This document shows, one piece after another, positions 1-10,356 of a stretch of DNA of 64,000 bases. Position 1 is the stretch's first letter. Each line of letters starts with the position of its first letter. Origin of the DNA: Paracoccaceae bacterium (lineage in GTDB: Bacteria; Pseudomonadota; Alphaproteobacteria; Rhodobacterales; Rhodobacteraceae); assembly GCA_017854585.1 (NCBI GenBank), contig JAFMHK010000004.1:92655-156654 (forward strand), written 5' to 3'. Below the pieces are notes generated by a model. The model was not told where the DNA came from, made no database searches, and worked only from the letters and a program-made list of their open reading frames with translations. Both the position numbers and the translations under genes were made by a program.

Positions 1-103
1 TTTCATCGCGCAGCGCCACCCAGTCACGGAAATCGGCGTGGCGCGGCAAACGCAGGCTCAACCGTTCCGTCTCGACCCGCAGGTTGCGCTTGCGGGTCAG
101 CAT
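1..103 (-). CDS. GNAT/RimJ-like N-acetyltransferase, N-terminal fragment (gene runs off the left edge)
   Basis: Reverse strand reads ATG(103-101) MLTRKRNLRVETERLSLRLPRHADFRDWVALRDE. The ETERLxLR opening is typical of RimJ/RimL-type GNATs. ATGA overlap with the stop of the upstream peptidase gene. Only 34 codons are visible. Confidence 0.35.
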   Translation of the reverse strand, partial: MLTRKRNLRVETERLSLRLPRHADFRDWVALRDE

Positions 104-1365
104 CAGGCCGCCAGACGCCCCGTCAGTTCCGCCAGATTAGGGGCATGTGCGATGGGACCATAAAGCGCCATCGCGGCCTGACCTGCGCCAGCAAGCGCTT
201 GTGCATGGGCCTTGAGCCCCTGCAGATCGACGGCATCAATCCGCGCGACGGTTTCATCCAAAGGCGGCACACGGTTCCAGATACCCACCAGCCGCGCCAG
301 GCGTTCTGCGCGCGACGAGGGGCTTTCCAGACCCATCAGCAACCCGGCCTTCATCTGCGCGCGGGCACGATCCAACTCGGCTTGGGTCAGATCCGCAGCA
401 GAGCGGGCCAATTCATCCATCGTCAGGCCCATCAGATCCGGCAGATCATCGGCAGACGTCCCCGCGTAGATGGTCAGCAGGCCGGTATCGTCATAGCTGC
501 CGACGCTGGAATAGATGGTGTAGCAGAGGCCACGTTTCTCGCGGATTTCCTGAAACAGCCGGGAAGACATGCCGCCGCCAAGCGCTGAGGCATAGATCTG
601 CGCGGTATAGATATCGTCCGAGCGATAGCCAGGCGCCTCAAGCGCAAGCGTGAAATGCGCCTGCTCAAGGCTTTTGATCTCGCGCCGTTCGCCGCCCGAG
701 AAGCGGCCGGGTTCCGGAATGCGCAAGGTGGAGGGCGTCATGTGACCAAACGCCCGTTCGGCCAGACGCACGATCTGATCGTGATCGACCGCGCCCGCGG
801 CAGACAAGATCAACTGTCCGGGACCATAATGTTCTGCCACGAAGCGATCGAAATCTGCACGGCCAAAGCCGCGCACAGCATCGACGGGGCCAAGGATGGT
901 GCGCCCAAGGGCCTGTCCGGGATAGGCCACTTCCTGCAGCCAATCAAAGATGATGTCGTCGGGTGTATCGGCCGCCTGTCCGATCTCTTGCAAGATCACG
1001 CCCCTCTCAACCTCGATCTCTCGCGGGTCAAAGGCGGGATTCAACACGATATCGGCAATCAGATCCAGCGCAAGCGGCACGTCGTCCTTCAGGACCCGCG
1101 CATAATAGGCGGTGACTTCGCGCGATGTGTAGGCGTTGATATATCCGCCGACATCTTCGATTTCCTCAGCGATTTGCAGCGCCGTGCGGCGGGCTGTTCC
1201 CTTGAACGCCATGTGTTCGAGGAAATGCGCAATCCCATTCTGGTCGGCCTGCTCATGCCGCCCGCCCGCATTTACCCACAGCCCGATCGAGGCCGATTGC
1301 AGGCCCGGCATGTGCTCTGTGACAACCCGCAGGCCGTTGGCAAGAGTGTGCAGTTGAACGGTCAC
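103..1365 (-). CDS. M16 (insulinase/pitrilysin) family zinc peptidase
   Basis: 420-aa ORF with the inverted zinc motif HFLEH (HxxEH) followed by MAFKGT, and a two-domain M16 length. The GTG start at 1365 overlaps the thrC stop (GTGA). Confidence 0.9.
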   Translation of the reverse strand: MTVQLHTLANGLRVVTEHMPGLQSASIGLWVNAGGRHEQADQNGIAHFLEHMAFKGTARRTALQIAEEIEDVGGYINAYTSREVTAYYARVLKDDVPLALDLIADIVLNPAFDPREIEVERGVILQEIGQAADTPDDIIFDWLQEVAYPGQALGRTILGPVDAVRGFGRADFDRFVAEHYGPGQLILSAAGAVDHDQIVRLAERAFGHMTPSTLRIPEPGRFSGGERREIKSLEQAHFTLALEAPGYRSDDIYTAQIYASALGGGMSSRLFQEIREKRGLCYTIYSSVGSYDDTGLLTIYAGTSADDLPDLMGLTMDELARSAADLTQAELDRARAQMKAGLLMGLESPSSRAERLARLVGIWNRVPPLDETVARIDAVDLQGLKAHAQALAGAGQAAMALYGPIAHAPNLAELTGRLAA

Positions 1366-2750
1366 GCGGCGATTTCCTCCCGGATAAGGGCTTCGATTTC
1401 GGCAAGGTCATTTCCGACACGGGTCATCCGTTCGGGTCGATCGAACAGGTCGCCCATGCGCGGCGGCAGGGCCGGGCGGACGCCGGTCGCGGCCTCGACC
1501 GCATCGGGAAACTTGGCGGGATGGGCCGTAGCAAGCGTGATCATCGGGGTCGCGCCAAGATGCGCCTGAGCCACATGCACGCCGATTGCCGAATGCGGGC
1601 ACAGCAGTTCGCCCATTTCACCAAGCGCACGTTTGATCATGGCAGAGGTTTCCTGCTCGGACGCGCGGCCCGACGCAAAGGTGGCGCGCAAACGGTCCAG
1701 CGCACCTTGCGAAATGTGGAAACCGCCCTGCCCCTTCAGCGCATCCATCATCTGCTCCACGGCACCGCCATCCCGATCAAAGGCATCGAACAATGCGCGC
1801 TCGAAGTTGGAGGAAACCTGAATATCCATTGACGGGCTGATAGACGGGGTCACGCCCGTCGTGACGTAATCGCCCGAGCACAACGCCCGGTGCAAGATGT
1901 CATTCTGGTTGGTCGCAACAACCAGTTTTTCGATCGGCAACCCCATCCGGCGTGCAATGTATCCCGCGAAGATATCGCCGAAATTGCCCGTGGGGACGGT
2001 GAAGGATACCGGCCGGTGCGGCGCGCCAAGCGCCACGGCAGCCGTAAAATAATACACGACCTGCGCCAGCACGCGCGCCCAGTTAATCGAATTCACGCCC
2101 GCCAGTCGCACGCCATCGCGGAATGCGAAGTCGTTGAACATATCCTTGAGCCGCGCCTGACAATCATCGAAATCGCCGGTCAGTGCCAAGGCGTGGGCGT
2201 TGGCTTCGGTGACGGTCGTCATCTGGCGTCGCTGCACATCGCTGACGCGACCGTGAGGGTAGAGAATGAATACGTCGACGTTGGACAGACCGCGGAAAGC
2301 CTCCATCGCCGCCGATCCGGTGTCGCCGCTTGTGGCGCCGACAATGGTCACCCGGTTTCCGGAGCGTTCGAGGGATGTCTGGAACAGCTGGCCGATCAGC
2401 TGCATGGCAAAGTCCTTGAATGCCAAGGTTGGCCCGTGAAACAGCTCCAGCAAAAAGTGGTTGTCTTGAAGTTGCTTCAAGGGCGCGCGGGCGGCGTGAC
2501 CGAACCCCGCATACGCGCGCGTAATGCAGTCCGCAAATTCGGCGTCAGAAAAACTGTCGCCGATGAAGGGGCGCATGACGCGGAACGCCACCTCCTCATA
2601 ACTGGCGCCAGCAAGCGCCGCGATATCGCCGGCGGACATCCGTGGCACCGTGGCGGGCACGTAAAGGCCACCGTCACGCGCGAGGCCGGTCAACATAGCT
2701 TCGTCAAAGCTGAGTTCGGGGGCTGCCCCCCGCGTGGAGATGTAGCGCAT
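1362..2750 (-). CDS. thrC: threonine synthase
   Basis: N-terminus MRYISTRGAAPELSFDEAMLTGLARDGGLYVP and the PLP-lysine context TLAFKDFAMQ are classic ThrC. I prefer ATG at 2750 over the track TTG at 2753. Confidence 0.93.
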   Translation of the reverse strand: MRYISTRGAAPELSFDEAMLTGLARDGGLYVPATVPRMSAGDIAALAGASYEEVAFRVMRPFIGDSFSDAEFADCITRAYAGFGHAARAPLKQLQDNHFLLELFHGPTLAFKDFAMQLIGQLFQTSLERSGNRVTIVGATSGDTGSAAMEAFRGLSNVDVFILYPHGRVSDVQRRQMTTVTEANAHALALTGDFDDCQARLKDMFNDFAFRDGVRLAGVNSINWARVLAQVVYYFTAAVALGAPHRPVSFTVPTGNFGDIFAGYIARRMGLPIEKLVVATNQNDILHRALCSGDYVTTGVTPSISPSMDIQVSSNFERALFDAFDRDGGAVEQMMDALKGQGGFHISQGALDRLRATFASGRASEQETSAMIKRALGEMGELLCPHSAIGVHVAQAHLGATPMITLATAHPAKFPDAVEAATGVRPALPPRMGDLFDRPERMTRVGNDLAEIEALIREEIAA

Positions 2751-2762
2751 CAATCGCCGCCT

Positions 2763-3434
2763 TTAGATCGTTCGTTGCCTGATACGCCACAGAAGGTAGG
2801 CTGTCATCCCAAACCACAGGATTGCCAGCGAAAACCACGTGATGGCGTATTGCAGATGGTCATTCGGGATACCGACCGTGTCGACCGGCAAGGGGGTCAC
2901 CCCCGCCTCGTCAGATACCGTGCGCGCAATAACCAGAATTGGTTCAGTCCCCAACGCGGCGGCAAGCGCGCTCACATCCCGGGCGAACCATATGTTGGCA
3001 CCCAGATCGGGTGTGGGCGTGGAACCTGTCACCTCATCGGGCCAGTGCAAGTTGCCAACAACCACGACGCGATCCGCAGGCGCAGTTGGCAAATCATCTC
3101 CGGTACCAATGAAACCGCGATCCAACAAGATAACCCTGTCACCTGTGTCGAAGGGAACGATGATGCGATAGCCCGCGCCGATGTGGCGTTGGCTGACCAG
3201 AACGCGCACGAAATCGCTGCCCATCACACCTTGCGCGGTTACGGGTAGATACCGGTCGGCCACGGTGTCGGGATTTGCAGGAATCTCGACCGGGTCCGCC
3301 GAAATGCGCGCCGTAATATCGGCCAGAACCGCATCTTTCCAGCCAAGGCGTTGCATCTGCCACACACCCAGCGAAACCAGAACCACGACACCGCCAATCC
3401 CGAAGATCAGTGGCACAATCATGCGCCGCACCAT
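2763..3434 (-). CDS. SURF1/Shy1 family cytochrome oxidase assembly protein
   Basis: 223 aa with a TM helix at each end and the GVWQMQRLGWK motif. It is the last gene of the cta operon. Confidence 0.85.
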   Translation of the reverse strand: MVRRMIVPLIFGIGGVVVLVSLGVWQMQRLGWKDAVLADITARISADPVEIPANPDTVADRYLPVTAQGVMGSDFVRVLVSQRHIGAGYRIIVPFDTGDRVILLDRGFIGTGDDLPTAPADRVVVVGNLHWPDEVTGSTPTPDLGANIWFARDVSALAAALGTEPILVIARTVSDEAGVTPLPVDTVGIPNDHLQYAITWFSLAILWFGMTAYLLWRIRQRTI

Positions 3435-3599
3435 TGCAATCCTCCAAAGGAAAGGCCCGCCGCAGCGGCAGGCCCTTCGTAATCAATTAAGATGACCGCA
3501 GCGCAATTCCAGACAAGGCCACCAAGTTCATCTTGGCCAAGAAACTCCGGGGGGCGCCGGAGGCGGGGGGCTGGCCCCAACCCGGTCGCAATCTGGCGC

Positions 3600-4403
3600 C
3601 TAGCTACCCCAGATGTAGACGGCCGCGAACAGGAACAACCAGACCACATCAACGAAGTGCCAGTACCATGCCGCCGCTTCGAAGCCCACGTGACGTTCGG
3701 CCGTGAAATGCCCGGACCGGACTCGCAGGTAGCACACGAAAAGAAAGATCGTGCCGATGATGACGTGAAAGCCGTGGAAGCCCGTCGCCATGAAGAAGGT
3801 CGAATAGAATTTGTCCTCACCGAACACCCAGTCATGGTGAACGATCAATTCGTAATATTCGTAGGCCTGCAGACCGGTGAAGCAAAGACCGAGGACGACG
3901 GCGATGATCAGACCAAGCTCAACATCCTTGCGCGGTTCGTTATGGACCAATGCATGGTGTGCCCATGTCACGGCAGCGCCGGACAGAAGCAGCACCAGCG
4001 TGTTCATCAGCGGCAGGTGGAAGGCATCGACATGGTAGATCTCGGGCTGAACATAGGTGGAGCCTTCGTAACCGCTCATCGGGTAAATGGCGTGTTTGAA
4101 GAAGGCCCAGAACCACGCCACGAAGAACATCACCTCGGACATCACGAACATGATGAAACCGTAGCGCAGGCCGATCCGCACAACAGGCGTATGATCGCCC
4201 TGCGAACTCTCGGTCACGACCTCCGCCCACCAGCCGTACATCACGTAAAGCACGGCAGCAAAGCCGATCAGGAACAACCATGGGCCTTGGGCATGCATCC
4301 ACTGCACGGCGCCAAAAAGCATGGTGAAGCCACCAATCGCACCCAGGAACGGGTAGATCGACGGCGGCAGGATGTGATAATCGTGGTTCTTAACGTGGGC
4401 CAT
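3600..4403 (-). CDS. ctaE: cytochrome c oxidase subunit III
   Basis: [15 protein letters not shown] start (ATG at 4403), polytopic, [10 protein letters not shown] motif. The 19-codon upstream extension in the track ORF is discarded. Confidence 0.93.
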   Translation of the reverse strand: MAHVKNHDYHILPPSIYPFLGAIGGFTMLFGAVQWMHAQGPWLFLIGFAAVLYVMYGWWAEVVTESSQGDHTPVVRIGLRYGFIMFVMSEVMFFVAWFWAFFKHAIYPMSGYEGSTYVQPEIYHVDAFHLPLMNTLVLLLSGAAVTWAHHALVHNEPRKDVELGLIIAVVLGLCFTGLQAYEYYELIVHHDWVFGEDKFYSTFFMATGFHGFHVIIGTIFLFVCYLRVRSGHFTAERHVGFEAAAWYWHFVDVVWLFLFAAVYIWGS

Positions 4404-4425
4404 TGGCTCGGTCCTTCGGTCTTGC

Positions 4426-5010
4426 TTATTGGGTCGCAGCGTCAAGCGCGGCAAGGTCATCTTCGGGCAGATCGACTATATGAAACGTGTAGCTGAGTGT
4501 GATCGCCGGAGTGCCGACGGTTTCGGGATCGTTTACGATTTCGGGGTCGACAAAGAATGTCACCGGCATCTCCACCCGTTCACCGGGCATCAAGATTTGT
4601 TCCTCGAAACAGAAGCACGCGATCTTGGAGAAATAAAGCCCTGCATCGAATGGCGCCACGTTATAGCTGGCTGTGCCCGCGATCGGGTGGTCGGTGGGGT
4701 TGTAGGCCTCGTAGAAGGCCATGCCGGTTTCACCGATCCGAAGCTCCATGTGGGGGACGACGGGGCGGAATTCCCATGGCATGTCTATTGCGGTATTGGC
4801 ATCGAACCGCACGATAATGGTTTGATCCAGAATCGTGTTGCTGTCACCTGCGGCCACATTCGTCGTGCCACCATAGCCGGTGACACGGCAGAACCAATCA
4901 TACAACGGCACCGATGCCCAAGCCATTGCGGTCATCACCGTGATGACACCAAGCAGCCCGAACACGACGTTGCGGTTGCTTTGGTTGCGCGGGGTCAGAT
5001 CACCGCTCAT
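4426..5010 (-). CDS. ctaG: cytochrome c oxidase copper-insertion protein Cox11/CtaG
   Basis: One N-terminal TM helix plus the copper-site motif [10 protein letters not shown]. Its ATG overlaps the stop of the upstream small ORF (ATGA). Confidence 0.92.
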   Translation of the reverse strand: MSGDLTPRNQSNRNVVFGLLGVITVMTAMAWASVPLYDWFCRVTGYGGTTNVAAGDSNTILDQTIIVRFDANTAIDMPWEFRPVVPHMELRIGETGMAFYEAYNPTDHPIAGTASYNVAPFDAGLYFSKIACFCFEEQILMPGERVEMPVTFFVDPEIVNDPETVGTPAITLSYTFHIVDLPEDDLAALDAATQ

Positions 5011-5201
5011 TCAGTCACCTCAACCGGCGGGGTCACCGACACACGGGGAGTGTGGTCAAAGGCCTCCATGGTGGATCCCTGACGGATCTTGGCAATCGTC
5101 AGGCCGAACACGATCCCGATGAAGGCCACCAGACACAGTGCCACACCGATATTGCGGCCAAGGCGCCGCTTGTGCAGTTCATGGGTTTGCGTAATCGCCA
5201 T
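5007..5201 (-). CDS. small single-TM protein inside the cta operon
   Basis: 64 codons with one hydrophobic helix (IGVALCLVAFIGIVFGLTIA). The start overlaps the ctaB stop (TGATG) and the stop overlaps the ctaG start (ATGA). The position matches the small unnamed ORF I recall between ctaB and ctaG in Paracoccus. Confidence 0.55.
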   Translation of the reverse strand: MAITQTHELHKRRLGRNIGVALCLVAFIGIVFGLTIAKIRQGSTMEAFDHTPRVSVTPPVEVTE

Positions 5202-6142
5202 CACCAGCCTCCAATGCCGTAAGCCGCAAGCGCGGCTTGTGCCAACAGGGCGCCAAAATGCAGGAAAAGGTAATAAAGCGAAAACCGGAAAACCCGCTTT
5301 TCAACCGCATAACCATCCGCTTCGGCGTCTTCCTCGTTCCGCTTCCAGATGTCCCAAGCGCCCTTCAGGAAAATCGCGTTCAACACCAAGGCGGTTGCCA
5401 TATAGACCGGACCGCCGATGGAGGTGAACCCCACACCCAGCGCAACCGGAACCAGCAACACGGTATAGACCAGAATGTGGCGGCGTGTCTCGGGCCGCCC
5501 GTGGGTCACGGTCAGCATGGGAACCTTGGCCTTGTGATAGTCGCCCTTCATGAACAGCGCCAACGCCCAGAAATGTGGCGGGGTCCACATGAATATGAGG
5601 CCAAACATCAGAACCGCCTCGATGGAGACGCCGCCGGTCACCGCTGCCCATCCGATCATCGGCGGGAAGGCCCCGGCGGCACCACCGATCACGATATTTT
5701 GCGGCGTCAGACGCTTGAGCCACATCGTGTAGATCACCGCGTAAAAGAAGATGGTGAAGGCCAGCAGCCCCGCCGCAACGAGGTTCGTGGCGAGCGCCAG
5801 CATGGCGACCGAGATGGCCGACAGCCACATACCAAGGCTCAGCGCCTCGCCGGGCAACACCTTGCCCGCAGGAACGGGGCGTTTTGCCGTGCGCTTCATC
5901 ACGGCGTCGATATCGGCGTCGTACCACATATTGAGTGCGCCCGAGGCGCCTGCCCCGATGGCGATGAACAAGATGGCAGTAAATCCGATCATCGGGTCGA
6001 TGCCCCCCGGCGCGACCAGAAGACCCACCAGTGCGGTGAACACAACTAATGACATCACGCGCGGCTTCATCAACGCGACGTAATCGCCGAACCCGGCCTC
6101 GCCTTCACCGGCGGTTGTGGTGTTGGTGGTGATGTCGCTCAT
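5201..6142 (-). CDS. ctaB: protoheme IX farnesyltransferase (heme O synthase)
   Basis: Polytopic membrane protein with LMKPRV and the Asp-rich [17 protein letters not shown] motif. ATG at 6142 is preceded by AAGGAA; the track GTG at 6151 is less likely. Confidence 0.92.
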   Translation of the reverse strand: MSDITTNTTTAGEGEAGFGDYVALMKPRVMSLVVFTALVGLLVAPGGIDPMIGFTAILFIAIGAGASGALNMWYDADIDAVMKRTAKRPVPAGKVLPGEALSLGMWLSAISVAMLALATNLVAAGLLAFTIFFYAVIYTMWLKRLTPQNIVIGGAAGAFPPMIGWAAVTGGVSIEAVLMFGLIFMWTPPHFWALALFMKGDYHKAKVPMLTVTHGRPETRRHILVYTVLLVPVALGVGFTSIGGPVYMATALVLNAIFLKGAWDIWKRNEEDAEADGYAVEKRVFRFSLYYLFLHFGALLAQAALAAYGIGGW

Positions 6143-6206
6143 GTTGCGCACGTTTCCTTCAAGGGCAGATTACGCGCGGCGACAAGCCGCCGCGCGCAGA
6201 CAGGTA

Positions 6207-7094
6207 TCAGTCCGCCGAGGCCAGTTCCAGCACCTGAGGTGCGCGTGTTCCGATCGACGCGAACTCCTGCGCTTCGCCAGCCAGCCATGCGGCGTATTCC
6301 TCAGGGGTTACAGCAAACACGGTGATCGGCATGTATGCGTGGCTAACGCCGCAAAGTTCAGAACACTGACCGAAGTAGACACCTTCCATACCAGCGTCGA
6401 CGTTGAACCACAGTTCAGCCAAACGACCCGGGACACCGTCTTGCTTCACACCAAACGCAGGCATGGCCCACGAATGGATCACATCAGCGGCCGTCACCTG
6501 CACGACAATGTTCTGCCCAGTGGGAACAACCACGGCCGTATCCGTGGCCAGCAGGTATTCGTCACGGCCATAGCCGTACTCTTCCAACTGGTCTTCATCC
6601 AGCATGAACGACAGGTATTCAACGCCCTCTTCAGGGTACTCATAACCCCAATACCACTGGTAACCGGTTGCCTTGATCAGCACATCGGCGACCGGAATCG
6701 TCTGCTGCCGAAACAGCACCGGCAGCGAAAACGCGCCGACAACGACCAAGATAAGAAGCGGCACGATGGTCCAGGTAATCTCGATCGGGGTGTTGTGGGT
6801 GAAGGTCGCGGGCGTTGGGTTTGCCTTGGCGTTGTGACGGATCGCCGTCCACGCCAGGAGAACCACCACGAACAATACGATCGCGGTGATGACCACCAAA
6901 AGCAGATTGTCGAGCGCATGGATATCCTGCGCCACGCCGGTTACGGCGGGTTGAAACGCGATACCGCCGGGTTGCGGCGCACCGATTATGTCCAATCCCT
7001 CGCGCATACCCTCAGTCTGGGCGAATGCGGTGGTGGCGGCGAGTGTTGCGCCAATACCGGCCCAAAGGCCGGTCATCTTCGTCCGAAGTGCCAT
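6207..7094 (-). CDS. ctaC: cytochrome c oxidase subunit II
   Basis: CuA site HSWAMPAFGVKQD...CSELCGVSHAYM, with N-terminal signal and TM helices. ATG at 7094 (MALRTKMTGLW) has AGGA upstream; the longer track start is rejected. Confidence 0.92.
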   Translation of the reverse strand: MALRTKMTGLWAGIGATLAATTAFAQTEGMREGLDIIGAPQPGGIAFQPAVTGVAQDIHALDNLLLVVITAIVLFVVVLLAWTAIRHNAKANPTPATFTHNTPIEITWTIVPLLILVVVGAFSLPVLFRQQTIPVADVLIKATGYQWYWGYEYPEEGVEYLSFMLDEDQLEEYGYGRDEYLLATDTAVVVPTGQNIVVQVTAADVIHSWAMPAFGVKQDGVPGRLAELWFNVDAGMEGVYFGQCSELCGVSHAYMPITVFAVTPEEYAAWLAGEAQEFASIGTRAPQVLELASAD

Positions 7095-7260
7095 GTGCGT
7101 CTGTCCTGTATTTCCGGCGACCGTTCGTTGATCCGGGCGGCGTACCGTTGCGTTCCAAGCGTGGTGAACCATATAGCCGAGTGAGTGACAAGGCAGTGGT
7201 CAAAAATGTCTCACCCTGCAATTGTTCAAACTGCCTCATTTGCACTGATTGGAGCCATCA

Positions 7261-8685
7261 ATGTCCCAACCCGCCCCGTTCCGCCCGTTTGAGACCTTGC
7301 TGGACGAGGCGACGGCGCTGCAGATCCTGCGCGCGGCCACGGATGGGGCGGAAGACGGAGAGCTTTTTCTGGAGCGCCGCCGGTCCGAGATGATCGTGTT
7401 CGACGATGGCCGGGTGAAGACCGCCAGCTATGACGCGGGCGAAGGTTTCGGGTTGCGCGCCGTGAAAGGTGAAGTCGCGGGCTACGCCCATTCCACCGAG
7501 ATTTCGGAGACGGCACTGCGGCGCGCGGCGGAAACCGCGCGGCTTGCCGTGGGCGACGGCGGCGGGTCGTTAGCGGCCGGTCCCAAGGGCACAAACGTCC
7601 GTCTTTATACTGATGCAGATCCGATGGCAGGTGCCGAATTCTCTGTTAAAATTGAGACATTACAGGAGATTGACGCATTTGCGCGTGCACTTGACCCGCG
7701 GGTGGTCCAAGTCAGCGCATCAATGGCCGCGTCGCATCAGGAGGTCGAGATCCTGCGCCCCGAAGGCCACCGCGTGGCGGACGTGCGCCCAATGGTGCGC
7801 CTGAATGTCAGCATCATCGTGGAAGAAAACGGGCGCCGCGAATCCGGCAGCGCGGGCGGCGGCGGGCGGGTCGGTTTGATCGGGTTGATGGCGCGCGACC
7901 ATTGGGAAGGTATCGCCCGCGAGGCCCTACGCATAGCGGTAGTGAACCTGTCCGCAGAACCTGCACCTGCGGGCATGATGGACGTAGCGCTTGGCGCTGG
8001 CTGGCCCGGCATCCTGCTGCACGAGGCCGTCGGGCACGGGCTGGAGGGGGATTTCAACCGCAAGAACCAGTCTGCCTTTGCGGGCCTGATGGGGCAAAGG
8101 GTCGCTGCCAAAGGCGTGACCGTTCTGGATGACGGGACGATTCCCGATCGGCGCGGGTCCATCACCGTCGATGATGAAGGCACGCCAAGCGGAAAGAATG
8201 TGCTGATCGATGACGGCATCTTGGTGGGTTACATGCAAGATCGGCAAAGCGCGCGATTGATGGGTGTGGCAGCCACCGGGAACGGTCGCCGCGAAAGCTA
8301 TGCCCACGCGCCGATGACGCGGATGACCAACACCTACATGATGGGCGGTGACGCCGACCCTGGCGATATCGTGGCAGACCTGAAGGATGGCATCTATGCC
8401 GTGGGGTTCGGCGGCGGGCAGGTGGATATCACCAATGGCAAGTTCGTGTTCTCATGTACCGAGGCTTATCGCGTAAAAAACGGCGTCGTGGGCGCGCCCG
8501 TGAAGGGTGCCACCCTGATCGGCGATGGCGCGACGGCGCTGCAACAAATCAGGGCTATCGGCAACGACATGGCGTTGGATCCGGGCATGGGCAATTGTGG
8601 CAAGGCCGGCCAATGGGTGCCCGTGGGCGTGGGGCAGCCAACGCTGCTGATTGGCGGCCTGACGGTCGGTGGCTCGGCGACCTGA
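7261..8685 (+). CDS. tldD: TldD family metalloprotease
   Basis: HEAVGHGLEGD motif and TldD/PmbA length. ATG at 7261 lies 7 nt after GGAG. Divergent from ctaC. Confidence 0.92.
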   Translation: MSQPAPFRPFETLLDEATALQILRAATDGAEDGELFLERRRSEMIVFDDGRVKTASYDAGEGFGLRAVKGEVAGYAHSTEISETALRRAAETARLAVGDGGGSLAAGPKGTNVRLYTDADPMAGAEFSVKIETLQEIDAFARALDPRVVQVSASMAASHQEVEILRPEGHRVADVRPMVRLNVSIIVEENGRRESGSAGGGGRVGLIGLMARDHWEGIAREALRIAVVNLSAEPAPAGMMDVALGAGWPGILLHEAVGHGLEGDFNRKNQSAFAGLMGQRVAAKGVTVLDDGTIPDRRGSITVDDEGTPSGKNVLIDDGILVGYMQDRQSARLMGVAATGNGRRESYAHAPMTRMTNTYMMGGDADPGDIVADLKDGIYAVGFGGGQVDITNGKFVFSCTEAYRVKNGVVGAPVKGATLIGDGATALQQIRAIGNDMALDPGMGNCGKAGQWVPVGVGQPTLLIGGLTVGGSAT

Positions 8686-8913
8686 CCGACGGACGTGGCG
8701 CGGCAAGCCATGGGCCCCGTCCCTGCCCGGCTCGCAAATGCGATCACCCATCGGCTAAGGCCGTCATGAATGCCATGGCGCCCCGTCGTGTGATCGATGG
8801 TTTGCGCAGCCGGTCATGCATCGTTTGATGCTTATCCGGACTCGCGTGCGTTTAGGCGCCTTGCGACATCTGCGGTAATCGACCGTTAACCATTCATCCC
8901 TAGCGTTTGGTTC

Positions 8914-10092
8914 ATGGATCATGAGTCAGACCTTGGTTTCGCCGAACCGCCCATGGCATTCATGCCGCCCCCATCAGCCAGCAGTGCGGAACGGTTGGCG
9001 CGGCTGCGGCTGATCCGGTCGCGTCGTGTCGGGCCGGCGACATATCTTCGCCTGATGTCGGAACACGGCAGCGCCGCGCGCGCGCTGGAGTCATTGCCCG
9101 AGGTTGCGCGCGCGGCGGGCGTTGACAGCTATTCAGTCTGTCCCGAAGGCGTGGCAATGGCCGAAATGAAGGCGGCGAAGCGCGTTGGTGCGCAGATGCT
9201 TTGCCTTGGCGATGCGGACTACCCTGCGTCACTGGCGGAAATCGCCGATGCGCCTCCAATCCTGTGGGCGATCGGGCGATTGCATCTGCTGCAACGCCCC
9301 ATGCTGGCCATGGTGGGCACACGCAATGCGTCGTCCCTTGGGGCGCGGGTGGCGCGGCGGCTGGCAGCCGATCTTGGCGAGGCCGGATTTGTCGTGGTCT
9401 CAGGTCTGGCGCGGGGGATCGACGCAATCGCGCACAAGGCCGCGTTGGCGACAGGCACGATCGCGGTGCATGCAGGCGGAGTTGATGTGATCTACCCCGA
9501 AGAGAACACCGCCCTCGGCCACGATATCGCACGGAACGGACTACGGCTTAGCGAACAGCCCCCCGGACTGGACCCGCAGGCGCGGCATTTTCCGCGCCGG
9601 AACCGGATTGTCTCGGGCCTTGCCCAAGCCGTGATCGTGGTGGAGGCAGCAGCGAAATCCGGCAGCCTGATTACAGCGGGTCTTGCGCTGGATCAGGGCC
9701 GCGATGTCTTGGCGGTGCCGGGCCACCCGATGGACCCGCGGTCTGCGGGTGGAAACCTGTTGATCCGCGACGGGGCCGTGTTGGTGCGTCATGCAGATGA
9801 CGTGATCCAGGCGTTGGGGGGCGTGCCAGAGGCGCCATCCGCCGTTGCGCCGTCCGGGCGGGCCAAGGTTCCGGCAACCGCCGCACCGATGCGGACCGCC
9901 AAGGTCGAAGGCCAAGGCGCCAAGCTGGCCTTGCGCATCCTTGATCTGCTCGGACCAACCCCGACGCCAGAGGATCAGGTGATCAGGGATTTGGCCGAAA
10001 GCCCGGCGGTTGTTGTGCGCGCCCTCGCCGATCTGGAGTTGGACGGCCTGTTGGAACGTCGACCGGGGGGCATGCTGACCCGCTGCGGTTGA
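8914..10092 (+). CDS. dprA: DNA-processing protein DprA (Smf)
   Basis: GLARGIDAIAHKAAL ... VLAVPGHP Rossmann-like DprA core. It sits directly upstream of topA. Confidence 0.88.
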   Translation: MDHESDLGFAEPPMAFMPPPSASSAERLARLRLIRSRRVGPATYLRLMSEHGSAARALESLPEVARAAGVDSYSVCPEGVAMAEMKAAKRVGAQMLCLGDADYPASLAEIADAPPILWAIGRLHLLQRPMLAMVGTRNASSLGARVARRLAADLGEAGFVVVSGLARGIDAIAHKAALATGTIAVHAGGVDVIYPEENTALGHDIARNGLRLSEQPPGLDPQARHFPRRNRIVSGLAQAVIVVEAAAKSGSLITAGLALDQGRDVLAVPGHPMDPRSAGGNLLIRDGAVLVRHADDVIQALGGVPEAPSAVAPSGRAKVPATAAPMRTAKVEGQGAKLALRILDLLGPTPTPEDQVIRDLAESPAVVVRALADLELDGLLERRPGGMLTRCG

Positions 10093-10356
10093 GGGCGGCA
10101 AAGGGGGCAGGAACGATGCTTGCGGCGTTCGCTCAACTTTCTGTCATGCCCCAGCCGTTCGCTTGGTCAAGGTGATGGCTTACGATATCGGCGTGCCGAC
10201 AGCGCGCGGATCCGGATGTTGCAACGCGCAGCGCAAATAGCGTCTTGCGGAGACAAGCCATCGTTTCCAGCCCCCTTTCCTGCCGCATTGACAAGTGCTT
10301 GCAAGCCCCCACATGTTCCGCCGCTCTATCCATGTCCCGATTCAAGGTTGCCAAAC

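Noticed and set aside
2465-2481. 17-bp palindrome CTTGAAG-TTG-CTTCAAG with a TTGA...TCAA core.
   Set aside because: It lies inside the thrC coding sequence. The spacing (N7 between TTGA and TCAA) does not fit FNR-type sites. It is probably a coding coincidence.
10120-10356. 79-codon N-terminal extension of topA in the ORF track. Analogous extensions occur on ctaE, ctaC, mce, soxX, soxW, soxV, soxR, the cytochrome c gene and urtA.
   Set aside because: The conserved protein N-termini begin at internal ATG or GTG codons that have proper Shine-Dalgarno spacing. The track picks the most upstream ATG, GTG or TTG; for example, 15796 and 22301 are TTG.
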